From: a virus | Lineage: Duplodnaviria > Heunggongvirae > Uroviricota > Caudoviricetes | Virus record (IMG/VR): IMGVR_UViG_3300032007_000003 | Span: 64,001-128,000 of that record | DNA length: 64,000 nucleotides | Strand: one strand, 5' to 3' | In this document: one piece after another, positions 28,537-38,708 of the stretch | Position numbering within the stretch: the stretch's first letter is position 1 | Layout of the letters: the number at the start of each line of letters is the position of its first letter | Notes under the pieces: model-generated | Seen by the model: the letters and a program-made list of their open reading frames with translations, nothing else | Told to the model about the DNA's origin: nothing | The model's database searches: none | Program-made: the position numbers and the translations under genes

Positions 28537-28554
28537 ATCTTTTAAATAAAACCT

Positions 28555-29247
28555 ATGGATAAAAGCATTGCAATTGTTGTTTGTTCTAAGAAAACAACAG
28601 AAGAGAATAAAGATTTTATTGAACACATCAAGAATACTTGTGATTGTGATACACATGTATATATGATACATAATCCTGGAGGAGTTTCAATTTCAAAGAT
28701 TTATGCCGATATGGTTGTTAACAATGAAATTGATAGTGATGTATTAGTTTTCATACATGATGATGTTGAGTTTCTAAGAGAAGGATGGGGTAGAGAAATA
28801 TTGAGACTTTTCAACGAACACGAGGATTATGGAATCATTGGCGTTGCTGGCTCTGCTCAATTTGATGATAAGGGTGCTTGGTGGAATTATGATAAAAAAT
28901 TCGGACAAGTGCTCCACAGACATGATGGAAAGTCTTGGTTAACCGCATTTTCACCATTGCTTGATAAGGATTTACAAGAAGTGGTGGTTATTGATGGATT
29001 GTTTATGGCGGTACATAGAAAAAGAATAGCAGAGAATTTCAGTAGAGAACTTTTGGGTTTTGATTTCTATGACATTTATTTCTGTTTGGCTAACTATTTT
29101 GAGAAAAAATGTAAGATTGGTGTAACAACTAATATCAGAATGGCTCACAATTCTGTTGGTGCTTTAAAGGATAGTTGGTATAAGAATAGGGAGATAATAA
29201 ATGAGAAATTTGGTAATAAGTTCCCAATTGATATTTTAAAGAAATAA
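28555..29247 (+). CDS. GT-A fold glycosyltransferase-like protein
   Basis: VFIHDDV, GIIGVAG, VIDGLFMAV and FDFYDI motifs. Confidence 0.8.
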   Translation: MDKSIAIVVCSKKTTEENKDFIEHIKNTCDCDTHVYMIHNPGGVSISKIYADMVVNNEIDSDVLVFIHDDVEFLREGWGREILRLFNEHEDYGIIGVAGSAQFDDKGAWWNYDKKFGQVLHRHDGKSWLTAFSPLLDKDLQEVVVIDGLFMAVHRKRIAENFSRELLGFDFYDIYFCLANYFEKKCKIGVTTNIRMAHNSVGALKDSWYKNREIINEKFGNKFPIDILKK

Positions 29248-29271
29248 TTTGGCATAGTTTTTGCGGTTGAT

Positions 29272-29499
29272 ATGGAGCTAGATAAATTAATTACATTATA
29301 TGGTGCGATAAGTAGTATTTGTCAAGATTATTCTAGGATGACTGATGGGTATTCACTCGCAACTGGAGATAATCAGTTTGAACATATTCCAGAGGATATA
29401 AGGAATATGATTTCAGAAAGACAAGAATTCTTTTCATACAGAGAAAAAGTCAGAGGTTTATTAAAATCTAAGATAAGAGAGGAAGTTAAAAAAATATGA
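29272..29499 (+). CDS. hypothetical protein
   Basis: 75-aa ORF. Confidence 0.55.
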   Translation: MELDKLITLYGAISSICQDYSRMTDGYSLATGDNQFEHIPEDIRNMISERQEFFSYREKVRGLLKSKIREEVKKI

Positions 29500-30482
29500 A
29501 CAAGTTAAAGAAAATATTATTGAATATTTGGTATGGATTACCATTTGGTCTTAAGGCTGCTGGGGATGAAATTATGGGCAGTGGTGAAGCAGACCAAGCT
29601 GGAACAGAAGTAAATCAACAAGTTACTGATAAGCGTGTTGCGAAACACTTATTAAAGGGCGAAGTTACCCAAGAAGTTGAGGAACTTAGATATAGAACAT
29701 ACAGAGTGGCAAATGAATCTGAGAAATATAAATATGTTGGTAACGGTGTTGCTATAAAGGAAGAAAAAGAAAAACCAAAGGATAAGACACGATTTAAGTT
29801 TTCTCAAGAGAATGAAAATATCTGTCAATCTGTATTAGATACCATGAATCAAATTGGAAATTATGGAATTGAGAGATATCGTCTTGAAATAGATTATAAT
29901 TCGTTTGTTAGATTTAAAGTTGAGAAGTTTGCAAAGAAGATTGATGTTGATATTGACGAAAAGATTGGTAAGGTTGAAACAACATTACACTTTAATACGG
30001 AACCAGACCCATATGATGCAGCTTCAATGCCATTTATAAATGAGTTAAAGAAATTATTGAATGCAAATGAATATGAAATTTCAAGAAATGAAATAGCAAC
30101 TTCAATATATAATTTATCGTTTACAACATATAAGGCATATAATGAAGATGACTTAGTGAATTATTCATTTATAAAGGGTGGTAAGTTTAAGGAGTTTAAA
30201 CAAGATGGATATGAATATCTTTTAACTCTTGAATGGAATGAATATTTCAGATTACCAACTGACCTTGAATCAAAATATTATTCAAAGTCTATGGCTGAGA
30301 AATATGCCAAGAAGGAGAGAAAGGATGTAGCACCAGAAATGATTAACTCTGAGAGAAAGAGATATTGTTCCGTATGTGGCAATGAAATGTCAGTTTATGA
30401 TGCTGATATACAAGAGGCAGATGGGCATAAGCCAATTTGTAAAGATTGTCTTAATAAAGCCTTGAAAAAAGAAGAAAAATGA
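29496..30482 (+). CDS. hypothetical protein with C-terminal zinc ribbon
   Basis: CSVC...CKDC near the C-terminus. Confidence 0.6.
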   Translation: MNKLKKILLNIWYGLPFGLKAAGDEIMGSGEADQAGTEVNQQVTDKRVAKHLLKGEVTQEVEELRYRTYRVANESEKYKYVGNGVAIKEEKEKPKDKTRFKFSQENENICQSVLDTMNQIGNYGIERYRLEIDYNSFVRFKVEKFAKKIDVDIDEKIGKVETTLHFNTEPDPYDAASMPFINELKKLLNANEYEISRNEIATSIYNLSFTTYKAYNEDDLVNYSFIKGGKFKEFKQDGYEYLLTLEWNEYFRLPTDLESKYYSKSMAEKYAKKERKDVAPEMINSERKRYCSVCGNEMSVYDADIQEADGHKPICKDCLNKALKKEEK

Positions 30483-30506
30483 TTATTTTTTATATAAAGA
30501 AATATT

Positions 30507-31106
30507 ATGTTAACAATTGGAATTGAATTAAATCATGTTGTAAGAAATATCAACAGACAAATTCTAAAGAATTATGCAAAAGAATTTGACCCATCAATGG
30601 AATGGGAAGACCTAGATGATAAGGTGGATATATTCAAGAAATATCTTAAGTTTGAAAGCAAGTATATTAAGAACAATTTCTTATATATTGATTATCCATT
30701 TGAAATATTTGGAGCTTGTCCAGCAATGGATAAGAATCTTCCAAGAGATATTAACAATTGGTTGGCAGAAATCGAGAATATGGAGGATGAGGACATTAGA
30801 ATCATTTTCTATAGTTTGGATGAGGTAGCATTAACAATTCAATCTAGTTATTTCTTCTTGAGCAAGATTGGTTCTAGAGTTAGAAAGGTGATTTTCCCTA
30901 CTAATCTTGATGAGGTTTGGGAGGAATGCGATGCAGTTATTACAGCAAGGAATGAGTTCTTTGAGAAAGAGAAACCAGAAGGAAAGAAGATTGTTCTAAT
31001 TAATCGTGAATTCAATGAACAACATAAGGATGAGGCAGATTTGAACTATGATAGTTTATCTGACATTATTACGGATAATAATTTTTTCAATAAGGTTAAG
31101 GAATGA
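30507..31106 (+). CDS. HAD / 5'-nucleotidase-like protein (degenerate motif I)
   Basis: N-terminal IGIELNHVVR resembles the IGIDxDGVL motif of 5'(3')-deoxyribonucleotidases. Confidence 0.45.
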   Translation: MLTIGIELNHVVRNINRQILKNYAKEFDPSMEWEDLDDKVDIFKKYLKFESKYIKNNFLYIDYPFEIFGACPAMDKNLPRDINNWLAEIENMEDEDIRIIFYSLDEVALTIQSSYFFLSKIGSRVRKVIFPTNLDEVWEECDAVITARNEFFEKEKPEGKKIVLINREFNEQHKDEADLNYDSLSDIITDNNFFNKVKE

Positions 31107-31438
31107 CAAATACACCATACATTTTTGACTTAAACAACATTACAAGTTTTATATTTGGAAATCCGAATGAGAAAACCAATGAAGTGGAAATTACAGACAA
31201 CTTCATCTATGATAAGGATTCGAAATCAATGATTCCAAATACTAGGGAAGTTAAGGAAGTTAAGGTTAATGATTACACTGGACAAAATACCATTCGTTAT
31301 GATATGATTAGAATGTTTATTGACATTCTTGATTCAATTGAAGACCCAAAGGTATTGACAATGGGACAGAATATCACACTTAATACACTAAAGGCATATG
31401 AGCTAATAAAAGATATAAACGAGGAAAACAATGAGTGA
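31103..31438 (+). CDS. hypothetical protein
   Basis: 111-aa ORF with ATGA overlap. Confidence 0.6.
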   Translation: MTNTPYIFDLNNITSFIFGNPNEKTNEVEITDNFIYDKDSKSMIPNTREVKEVKVNDYTGQNTIRYDMIRMFIDILDSIEDPKVLTMGQNITLNTLKAYELIKDINEENNE

Positions 31439-32513
31439 TAAAGATTTAAAGGTTATCGAGAATATCGAAAAAGAGATTTCAAAGATAGATAAGAAAGAGA
31501 ATAGAATATACTTCTTCGTAATTGATACTAAAGGAGTAGCAAGTGGCTCTCTTGAATACATCTATAATTTAGCACTTATCCTAAAGGATGAGGGATATGA
31601 TGTTAATATGCTTCATACTGAGGAAGAGTTTGTAGGTGTTGGCGCATGGTTAGGAGAGGAATATACTAGTCTTCCACACTTTAATGTTAATAAGGGAGAG
31701 GTTGGTACATCACCTAGTGATGTGTTGTTTATTCCAGAGATTTATTCACAAGTTATGAATCAAACAAAAAATCTTCCATGTAAGAGAGTAATTATTTTGC
31801 AGAACTATGATTATGTGGTTGAACAAATGCCTTATGTGGCTCAGTTTGGTGATTTTGGTATTTTAGAGGGTATAACCAATTCAGATTATCAAGCAGCAGA
31901 ACTTAACGAATCATTCCCTTATATGAAACTTAAGAAGGTTAGACCATTCATTTCAAAGATATTCGGTTCTACAATTGCACCTAAGAAGATGGTTATTAAT
32001 GTTATCTCAAAAGACCAAAGCGATATTAAAAGAATTGTTAAACCATTCTATTGGAAGTATCCATTCTTTAAGTGGGTTTCATTTAAAGAACTCAGAAATT
32101 TGTCAAAAGAAGAATTTGCAAAGGAACTTAGAGAGGGTGCAATCACAATTGTTGTTGATGAATCAGCAAGTTTCATGTACTCAGCTATTGAGGCTATGAA
32201 GAGTGGTAGTATTACAATGGTTAAAGTTCCTACCACAACTGTAGATTGGGCTAATGGTGAGGAACTTCCAAATTGTTGTGTATGGTTCAATGATTATGAC
32301 ACATTGCATAAGCAGATTGCAGGCGTTGTACGTTCTTGGATTACTGATAAAGTACCAACTGTTCTTGCTGAAGAAGCTAAGAAGGTATATGAGGAATTTA
32401 CAGAGGATAATACCAAGGCTGATATATTGGCATATGTAACAGATATCCTTGATAAGAGAAAGAAGGAAATGGAAGAGTTAATCACTCAAATTAAAGCCAA
32501 GGAGGAAGAATAA
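31431..32513 (+). CDS. GT-B fold glycosyltransferase-like protein
   Basis: SGSLEYIYNLA..L...GYDV, DVLFIPE and IEAMKSG motifs. Confidence 0.65.
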   Translation: MSDKDLKVIENIEKEISKIDKKENRIYFFVIDTKGVASGSLEYIYNLALILKDEGYDVNMLHTEEEFVGVGAWLGEEYTSLPHFNVNKGEVGTSPSDVLFIPEIYSQVMNQTKNLPCKRVIILQNYDYVVEQMPYVAQFGDFGILEGITNSDYQAAELNESFPYMKLKKVRPFISKIFGSTIAPKKMVINVISKDQSDIKRIVKPFYWKYPFFKWVSFKELRNLSKEEFAKELREGAITIVVDESASFMYSAIEAMKSGSITMVKVPTTTVDWANGEELPNCCVWFNDYDTLHKQIAGVVRSWITDKVPTVLAEEAKKVYEEFTEDNTKADILAYVTDILDKRKKEMEELITQIKAKEEE

Positions 32514-32514
32514 T

Positions 32515-33099
32515 ATGAAAGAGTTTTTAGAAAGTAATTTGGTCGGACATATCGATATTGATAAATCGATATGTGTACACAACTATAAAGATTTCAAAAA
32601 AACTGAAAAGGGACAAAAAATGATTGAGAAATACCTCGATAGGTGGGGTAAGTTAGGCTTTATTGAGGGACTTAAAGGTGAGATTAGAGAAAGATGCGCT
32701 GTTGGTATGGAGCAGTTAGCTGTCTATCTAATATTTGAGGCTGTTGAAAAAGAATTAACTGGACCTTTTGAGACTATCGGTTTCCCAATGATACGTAGAA
32801 TATGTTGTGGTTATGAAGCAAAATTGGATAATCTTGATTTATTTAATTTTGAAAAATTCATTAAGTATTGTAAGGAATTGGACATAGCTGAGTTAACTAA
32901 TGAAGTTAATAATATTGTTAGTTGGACTCCAATTGATGCGGAAGCAGAAGCTTGTGATTTAGGCTGTGAAATGATAATAAATAGATTCAATGGCGATAAC
33001 AGAAGTTTCGATGAAATTAAAGAAGAATATATTAATAAACTAAAGGAAAAAATTAAGGAAAGATATGAAAGAGATAGGAATAATCATACCGATGCATGA
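32515..33099 (+). CDS. protein resembling the N-terminal segment of a T4-type major capsid protein
   Basis: RWGKLGFIEGL...AVGMEQLA.YL...FETIGFPMIRRI. Confidence 0.5.
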   Translation: MKEFLESNLVGHIDIDKSICVHNYKDFKKTEKGQKMIEKYLDRWGKLGFIEGLKGEIRERCAVGMEQLAVYLIFEAVEKELTGPFETIGFPMIRRICCGYEAKLDNLDLFNFEKFIKYCKELDIAELTNEVNNIVSWTPIDAEAEACDLGCEMIINRFNGDNRSFDEIKEEYINKLKEKIKERYERDRNNHTDA

Positions 33100-33868
33100 G
33101 TTCGGTAAAGAGAATATAGAGCTTGTTAACAAGGCAATTGAATCAGTGCCAGAGGGTATGTCAATCTGTCTTTCAGTACCAAAGGGTACTACACCAGCAA
33201 AGGTAAAGGGTCTTTCAGATAGAGCAGCATTAGTACCATCAGTTGAAGAAGGTAGTACATTTGCTGAGTTGGTTGAAAATGGCGTTAAGGCTTTTGCAAA
33301 TAACCCAGATGTTAAGTGGTTTTCAATCCTTGAGTTTGATGATACTTATACACCAATTTGGCTTACAAATGCTAAGAAATATATGGACTTTATGCCAGAT
33401 ACAAGTGTGTTTATGTTCCTTGAGGATATTACAGATTTCAATAATGGAAAATATATTGGTTTCGGTAATGCAGAAGCTTGGGCTTCAAGTTTTTCTAATC
33501 AAATAGGTTACATTGACAATGACTGTCTTCAGAATTATTTTGATTTTTATTTAACTGGCTCTATTTTTAATATTAAGGATTGGCAAGAAGTTGGTGGTCT
33601 TAAACCACAAATTAAACTAACTTTTTGGTATGAATGGCTACTTAGATTAACAAATAAAGGAAAAACTGTTTTTGTTATACCAAAGGTAGGATATAATCAT
33701 AATCTTAATAGGAGTGGTTCGCTTGTTAATCTTTATCGAGATTCAATGTCTAAAGAAGAAATCGAATGGAATTTTGATTTAGCCAAACGTGAATATTTTT
33801 ATCATCCAAACATTAACAGAGACCAATCTAAATTTGAATATAAATCTGATGAAGAGGATAACAACTGA
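33065..33868 (+). CDS. family 2 glycosyltransferase
   Basis: IGIIIPMH, KAIESV, ILEFDD (DxD-like) and WLLRL...VFVIPK motifs. Confidence 0.75.
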   Translation: MKEIGIIIPMHEFGKENIELVNKAIESVPEGMSICLSVPKGTTPAKVKGLSDRAALVPSVEEGSTFAELVENGVKAFANNPDVKWFSILEFDDTYTPIWLTNAKKYMDFMPDTSVFMFLEDITDFNNGKYIGFGNAEAWASSFSNQIGYIDNDCLQNYFDFYLTGSIFNIKDWQEVGGLKPQIKLTFWYEWLLRLTNKGKTVFVIPKVGYNHNLNRSGSLVNLYRDSMSKEEIEWNFDLAKREYFYHPNINRDQSKFEYKSDEEDNN

Positions 33869-34817
33869 AGAATTTAAAGAAAGAGCGTTTTTAGTTCATA
33901 AAGGCAGATATGTTTATAATAAAACAGATTTGGAACATCGAGATAGTAAGGGAAAAGTAGTTATTACTTGTCCCTTACACGGTGATTTCCATCAAACACC
34001 TAAAAATCATCTTCATGGTCAAGGTTGTCCATTATGTAATCATAGGTCTATTAAATACACTGTAGACGAAATTAAAGATAAAATATTTAATAAGTATGGA
34101 AATAAATATGATGTTTCTTTAATTAAAGAGTATAAAGGTAACACTCAGAAATTGCCGTTAATATGTAAAGAACATGGCTATTTCGAAGCAACATGGAACG
34201 ATTTAGACCACAATCATGGATGTCAAATTTGTGGAAAGATAAGAAATCATGAATTACTTAGAAAAACTAAAGAAAAATTTGTTAATCAATCCATAGTAAT
34301 TCACGGAAACAAATACGATTATTTTTTATCAAATTATATTAATGCTCATACAGATATTTTAATCAAATGTAAAAAATGTGGCTTAATCTTTCCAATGCCT
34401 CCACATGAGCATCTTAAAGGTAAAGGATGTCCTAGATGTAATGAAAGTCATTTAGAAAATGAGGTTAGATTATATCTAGATAGCCATAAAATTAAACACA
34501 TAGATAGGTGTGATAGAAAATATTTTAATTGGTTAAATAGACAACATCTAGATTTTTATCTTCCAGATTATAATATTGCAATTGAATACCAAGGAGAACA
34601 ACATTTTAAAATTGTAGACTTTTTTGGTGGAGAAAATGGCTATAAATACAGATTTATGCTAGATAAAAGAAAGAAAAAACTTTGTGAAGAACATGATATA
34701 AAAATAATTTATTTTACACACGAAAATTATGATTCATTTTTGAATGAAAAAACAATAAAAGAAGCAGAAAAACTATTAAAAGAAATAAATCATAATGGCA
34801 TTAATTGTGATGGTTAA
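33849..34817 (+). CDS. free-standing homing endonuclease (three zinc-finger repeats plus Vsr/DUF559-like nuclease)
   Basis: Repeats of I.C..HG.F...P..HL.G.GCP.C and LDFYLPDYNIAIEYQGEQH; probable start ATG 33849. Confidence 0.8.
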   Translation: MKRITTEEFKERAFLVHKGRYVYNKTDLEHRDSKGKVVITCPLHGDFHQTPKNHLHGQGCPLCNHRSIKYTVDEIKDKIFNKYGNKYDVSLIKEYKGNTQKLPLICKEHGYFEATWNDLDHNHGCQICGKIRNHELLRKTKEKFVNQSIVIHGNKYDYFLSNYINAHTDILIKCKKCGLIFPMPPHEHLKGKGCPRCNESHLENEVRLYLDSHKIKHIDRCDRKYFNWLNRQHLDFYLPDYNIAIEYQGEQHFKIVDFFGGENGYKYRFMLDKRKKKLCEEHDIKIIYFTHENYDSFLNEKTIKEAEKLLKEINHNGINCDG

Positions 34818-34831
34818 TGCCATTTTTTTTT
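34794..34831 (+). terminator. intrinsic terminator
   Basis: AATGGCATTAA...TTAATGCCATT followed by a T-run. Confidence 0.75.
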
Positions 34832-34978
34832 ACATGTCATCAAAACGGCAACACGAAGATTTCCTCAATTGAGAAAATGTGAAAGAAAGTGTGTTGAAAT
34901 TGCACAGATTTGCCTTTGACTTGATATTTAGTATTAAAATAATATACTAACAAGGGATATTCCCCATATATAAATATC
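34832..34978 (-). ncRNA. candidate late small RNA / structured leader upstream of the sigma gene
   Basis: Non-coding gap with several hairpins and a minus-strand GATATTTATA at 34969-34978. Confidence 0.3.
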
Positions 34979-34985
34979 TAAAGAA

Positions 34986-35759
34986 ATGTCAGAAATTTGT
35001 GTAACTGAAGAAAAAGTTAAGAAAAAGAGAGGTAGAAAGCCATCCAAAGAAAGAAAAGGATATTTCTACGAAGAACAAGAGCAAGCTGTTGTAGATTACA
35101 TTTCAACTGATGATGAAAGGGAAAAGAATAAAATCTTCAACACAACGTTAAAGCCAGCATTCACAAAAATGATAGAATCAATTATAAGAAGATATAGTCT
35201 GTACCCACCAGATGAAGAATTCCAACAAACTTTTGATGATACAATGTCTTTTCTTATGACTAAACTATCATGTTTTGACCCTTCAACAAATTATAAAGCA
35301 TATTCATATTGCGGTACAATTTGTAAAAACTATTTAATATATAAAATTAATCAATTTGCAAAGAATCAGAAACGTAATGAGTCATATGATAGTCCAAATG
35401 ATTCAAATCAAGGTGATATTAATGACAATATAAGATTCTCTTATGACGAAACAGACCCTAGAAGGACTTTTCTATCTGAATTGACTGGTAACACAGTTGA
35501 GAATATTAAACGTATTCTAGAGGACAAGGATAAGCTTAGATTGAATGAAAATGAGATTAAGGTGGGAATGACTCTTATTAATCTTATGACAAATTGGGAT
35601 GAGATTTTTGCACAGATGGGTAGTAATAAATTCAATAAAAGTTCCATATTATTGTTTTTGAAGGAAACCACAATGTTGAATACAAAGGAGATAAGAGATG
35701 CACTTAAGGTATATAAGAAAAGATATTATGAAGTTAAGTGGAAACTTATCAATGAATAA
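34986..35759 (+). CDS. phage late-transcription sigma factor (T4 gp55-like)
   Basis: YF...EQAV..Y, KMIESIIRRY and FDP...KAYSYCGTICKNYL region-2-like motif. Confidence 0.7.
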   Translation: MSEICVTEEKVKKKRGRKPSKERKGYFYEEQEQAVVDYISTDDEREKNKIFNTTLKPAFTKMIESIIRRYSLYPPDEEFQQTFDDTMSFLMTKLSCFDPSTNYKAYSYCGTICKNYLIYKINQFAKNQKRNESYDSPNDSNQGDINDNIRFSYDETDPRRTFLSELTGNTVENIKRILEDKDKLRLNENEIKVGMTLINLMTNWDEIFAQMGSNKFNKSSILLFLKETTMLNTKEIRDALKVYKKRYYEVKWKLINE

Positions 35760-35788
35760 TATAAAACTTAATATTTATTACAAAAACA

Positions 35789-36187
35789 ATGGCTAAGTTT
35801 AAGATTGAATTAAATGACATACAGAATATTCGTGACCTTTTGCAAGAGACGTATAGGTTAGCTGATGAGCAGATAGTTCAAGCTCAGAACGAGATAAACA
35901 AATTGTCAGTATCCACGCAACTTGAACAAGAACCTATGGATGCTAAAAGTAAATATGCAAAGGCAATTAATGACTATCTAGGTATGAAAGATAAAGCGAT
36001 ATCAAAGAAGTTGGATATTGCAAAGATTTTGACTGATGTATATCATCATAATGGTGATGTCAAGGGTGCTATCGAAAATGGAGAAAATATCAAGAATATG
36101 GACTTCAATTTTGATGATATTAAGAAGATGATTGACAATAACATGCAAGAAGAAAAAACTAAGACAATTGAACTTAACAAGAAATAA
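35789..36187 (+). CDS. hypothetical coiled-coil protein
   Basis: ATATTTATT at 35771-35779; 132-aa ORF. Confidence 0.6.
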   Translation: MAKFKIELNDIQNIRDLLQETYRLADEQIVQAQNEINKLSVSTQLEQEPMDAKSKYAKAINDYLGMKDKAISKKLDIAKILTDVYHHNGDVKGAIENGENIKNMDFNFDDIKKMIDNNMQEEKTKTIELNKK

Positions 36188-38343
36188 TGGCTAACATCAA
36201 GGATAAACAGCAAGAAGCAATGGCAACCATTGATACTGCGAAAGCAATGGTTGATAAGGTGATTGCAATAATGAACATTATGCTTGCATCACCTAGTATT
36301 TCTTTGACATTTGCAACAAATCCAATAGGGTATATCTTGCAATTGTTAAAGCACCTAGGTGTTACTTATGAAGAACTTAGGGAGTATCTTGCTAATTTCT
36401 TGATATATATATTACCAGTATTGGAGGTATCGGTTAAAACTATATTACTTACCAATCTTAAGAATATGGTTTCTTGTTCTGTTGACCCTAGAATACCAGA
36501 GAAATATAGGGAAAACCTTAATGTTGGATGTGGCAGTGGACAAATTGAAGGTTATGGTATTAATGTTAGTATTGAATCTATTGATTTCCTAAATAAATTG
36601 TCTGAGAATCCATTGAGCGATTTTGGAAAGGAAATGTATTTTGGTCTTGATGGCATTGATGATGTGTATAAGTTTGCAAGGGCAGAGGACTTTGATGCAT
36701 TTTTGTGGTTTGTAATGCATAAGGGTAAATTCCCAAGTTCATCAAACTTTAGTTCTATATCTGGTACAATACATGGAATTGGTGGAGAAACAATACCAAA
36801 CCCATCAATATTAGATGCAGTTCAAGTTGACTTTAATTCCGATAGTCCTTCTTCAATAATGTTGGGTAATACTTTTATGTATCCAGATTATCAACATTCT
36901 ATAGTCTCAATGTGTATTGATAGAAAATACGATAGTGAGAATAAAATAATTTCAAATATATTAGTTCCAACATCATCAAACATATGTAGTGTAAACTGGT
37001 ATGTAAGACGTGCAGATTATTTAAAAAAGAATCTTGGTTTTGGGGAAAAGAGATTTGAGTCTAGGGATTTTTCTAAAGAAATCGCATTATGTAATTTACA
37101 ATATTTTGATACGGCATCTAGTAATATTTACCCTTCAAACGGATTGGTTAATAATATCGTTAGATTGACTATAAAGCCAAAACCTTTTATTCATATTCCG
37201 AAAGTTGATGAAGGCGAAAAACCTTGGGGGTTTGTACCTTTATTGTTTGATAGTCAAGGAAATTATGACATAAATGGAAAGTATACTGTTGTATTTGACA
37301 CGCAATCAAGACCATCATATAGTGGTGATTATGCAACATATACTACTGGTACTACTGACATTAAAATCAACATAAGAAGTGGAAATGTTAGTATTACTGA
37401 TAAAAACGAACTCAAGAAACATTTAGTAGAGTGTTATAAGGGATTGACTGTTTATGAATTTAATTATGATTTTGTAATGGGTATGAAATTGTTCGATGCC
37501 AAAGTCATGGCTACAACATTATTGGATACCCTTGTAAATACTAGATTAGGATTAAACGCATCTCTTGGTAAAAAGCATCAAGATGCCACAGATAAGATTA
37601 AGGAAATCATAAAGAACATTATAAACTCTGATGATTCTTCGGTTGAGGATTGTTATTTCTCATTCGATAATGAAAAATATAATCAATTGTTAAGGTCTAG
37701 CGAAGAAAAGAGAGCCAAAGACTATGCATTTGGCTCAAATGCAAGTTCTGATGGACTTGATAAAGTTTATGAGATTCTAGATGAATATGACTCTGCATCA
37801 TCTTTAGAGGAACGAATAGACATTATTAACCGTGCAATCACGCAAGCATCTATAGCAGTTGCAAGTGGTGCTGAAGAAGAAGACAAATATAGTATAGAAT
37901 TTGGATTTGTATTTGATTTAATTGAGAACCTTGTATTTGCAATTATTAATGCGATTTTATCACCAAAGGTATTATTACTGTTAGAGGTTAATAGACAAAT
38001 CATGGGTGGTAATTGGAAAGTATTTACAATCGAGGATTTGTTAAAGGCAATGCAAGGAATAATAATATCTATTATAAAAGAAGTTCGTGACCTTGTTATA
38101 CAAGAACTTTTAAAACTTGTTCTAAAGTATTTACAACCACTTAAGGAAATGATAGAGTCAATATTACTCAGAGAACAAATTGAAGAATACACTTCTGCAA
38201 TCAATAGTATTATCAAAAATTGTCCTATGGTTTGGTTTAATTTTGGCTATCAGCCAAAAGAAGTTAAACTTGATACTGTTGATTATGCTGATATTGATAT
38301 TAATGAAATAATAAATGCTGAAAAGCCTAATGAAAATTGTTAA
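36187..38343 (+). CDS. hypothetical (probably virion) protein
   Basis: 718-aa ORF in a late operon with the spike gene. Confidence 0.6.
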   Translation: MANIKDKQQEAMATIDTAKAMVDKVIAIMNIMLASPSISLTFATNPIGYILQLLKHLGVTYEELREYLANFLIYILPVLEVSVKTILLTNLKNMVSCSVDPRIPEKYRENLNVGCGSGQIEGYGINVSIESIDFLNKLSENPLSDFGKEMYFGLDGIDDVYKFARAEDFDAFLWFVMHKGKFPSSSNFSSISGTIHGIGGETIPNPSILDAVQVDFNSDSPSSIMLGNTFMYPDYQHSIVSMCIDRKYDSENKIISNILVPTSSNICSVNWYVRRADYLKKNLGFGEKRFESRDFSKEIALCNLQYFDTASSNIYPSNGLVNNIVRLTIKPKPFIHIPKVDEGEKPWGFVPLLFDSQGNYDINGKYTVVFDTQSRPSYSGDYATYTTGTTDIKINIRSGNVSITDKNELKKHLVECYKGLTVYEFNYDFVMGMKLFDAKVMATTLLDTLVNTRLGLNASLGKKHQDATDKIKEIIKNIINSDDSSVEDCYFSFDNEKYNQLLRSSEEKRAKDYAFGSNASSDGLDKVYEILDEYDSASSLEERIDIINRAITQASIAVASGAEEEDKYSIEFGFVFDLIENLVFAIINAILSPKVLLLLEVNRQIMGGNWKVFTIEDLLKAMQGIIISIIKEVRDLVIQELLKLVLKYLQPLKEMIESILLREQIEEYTSAINSIIKNCPMVWFNFGYQPKEVKLDTVDYADIDINEIINAEKPNENC

Positions 38344-38348
38344 ATATT

Positions 38349-38705
38349 ATGGGTATAGAACAAATTTGTAACACTATTACTAATTTCTTTAATGATGTTA
38401 GACCACCATTCCCACAGATTAATAGAATCTTATTGGTGTGTTCAATGATACGTAGACCTGGACTTTCTACCATCTATTCAGTATCAAATATCGTTAAGGA
38501 TTTAAATAGACTTGGTATACCTACTGGACCGATGCCAGATGGTAGCTCAAATCTAACTGTTGGAGCATTTTTTGCTTCAACAAAGGAAATATATAGGGGT
38601 CTTAAAAATGATGTGTCAATACAAGTTGGAACAACTCCTGGAACGATGCAAGCAACACCAGCTGGTAATGCTACTCCAGGAATGGCATTTGGAGCACTAT
38701 TTTAA
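38349..38705 (+). CDS. hypothetical protein
   Basis: ORF 38337..38705; ATG at 38349. Confidence 0.6.
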   Translation: MGIEQICNTITNFFNDVRPPFPQINRILLVCSMIRRPGLSTIYSVSNIVKDLNRLGIPTGPMPDGSSNLTVGAFFASTKEIYRGLKNDVSIQVGTTPGTMQATPAGNATPGMAFGALF

Positions 38706-38708
38706 TTT

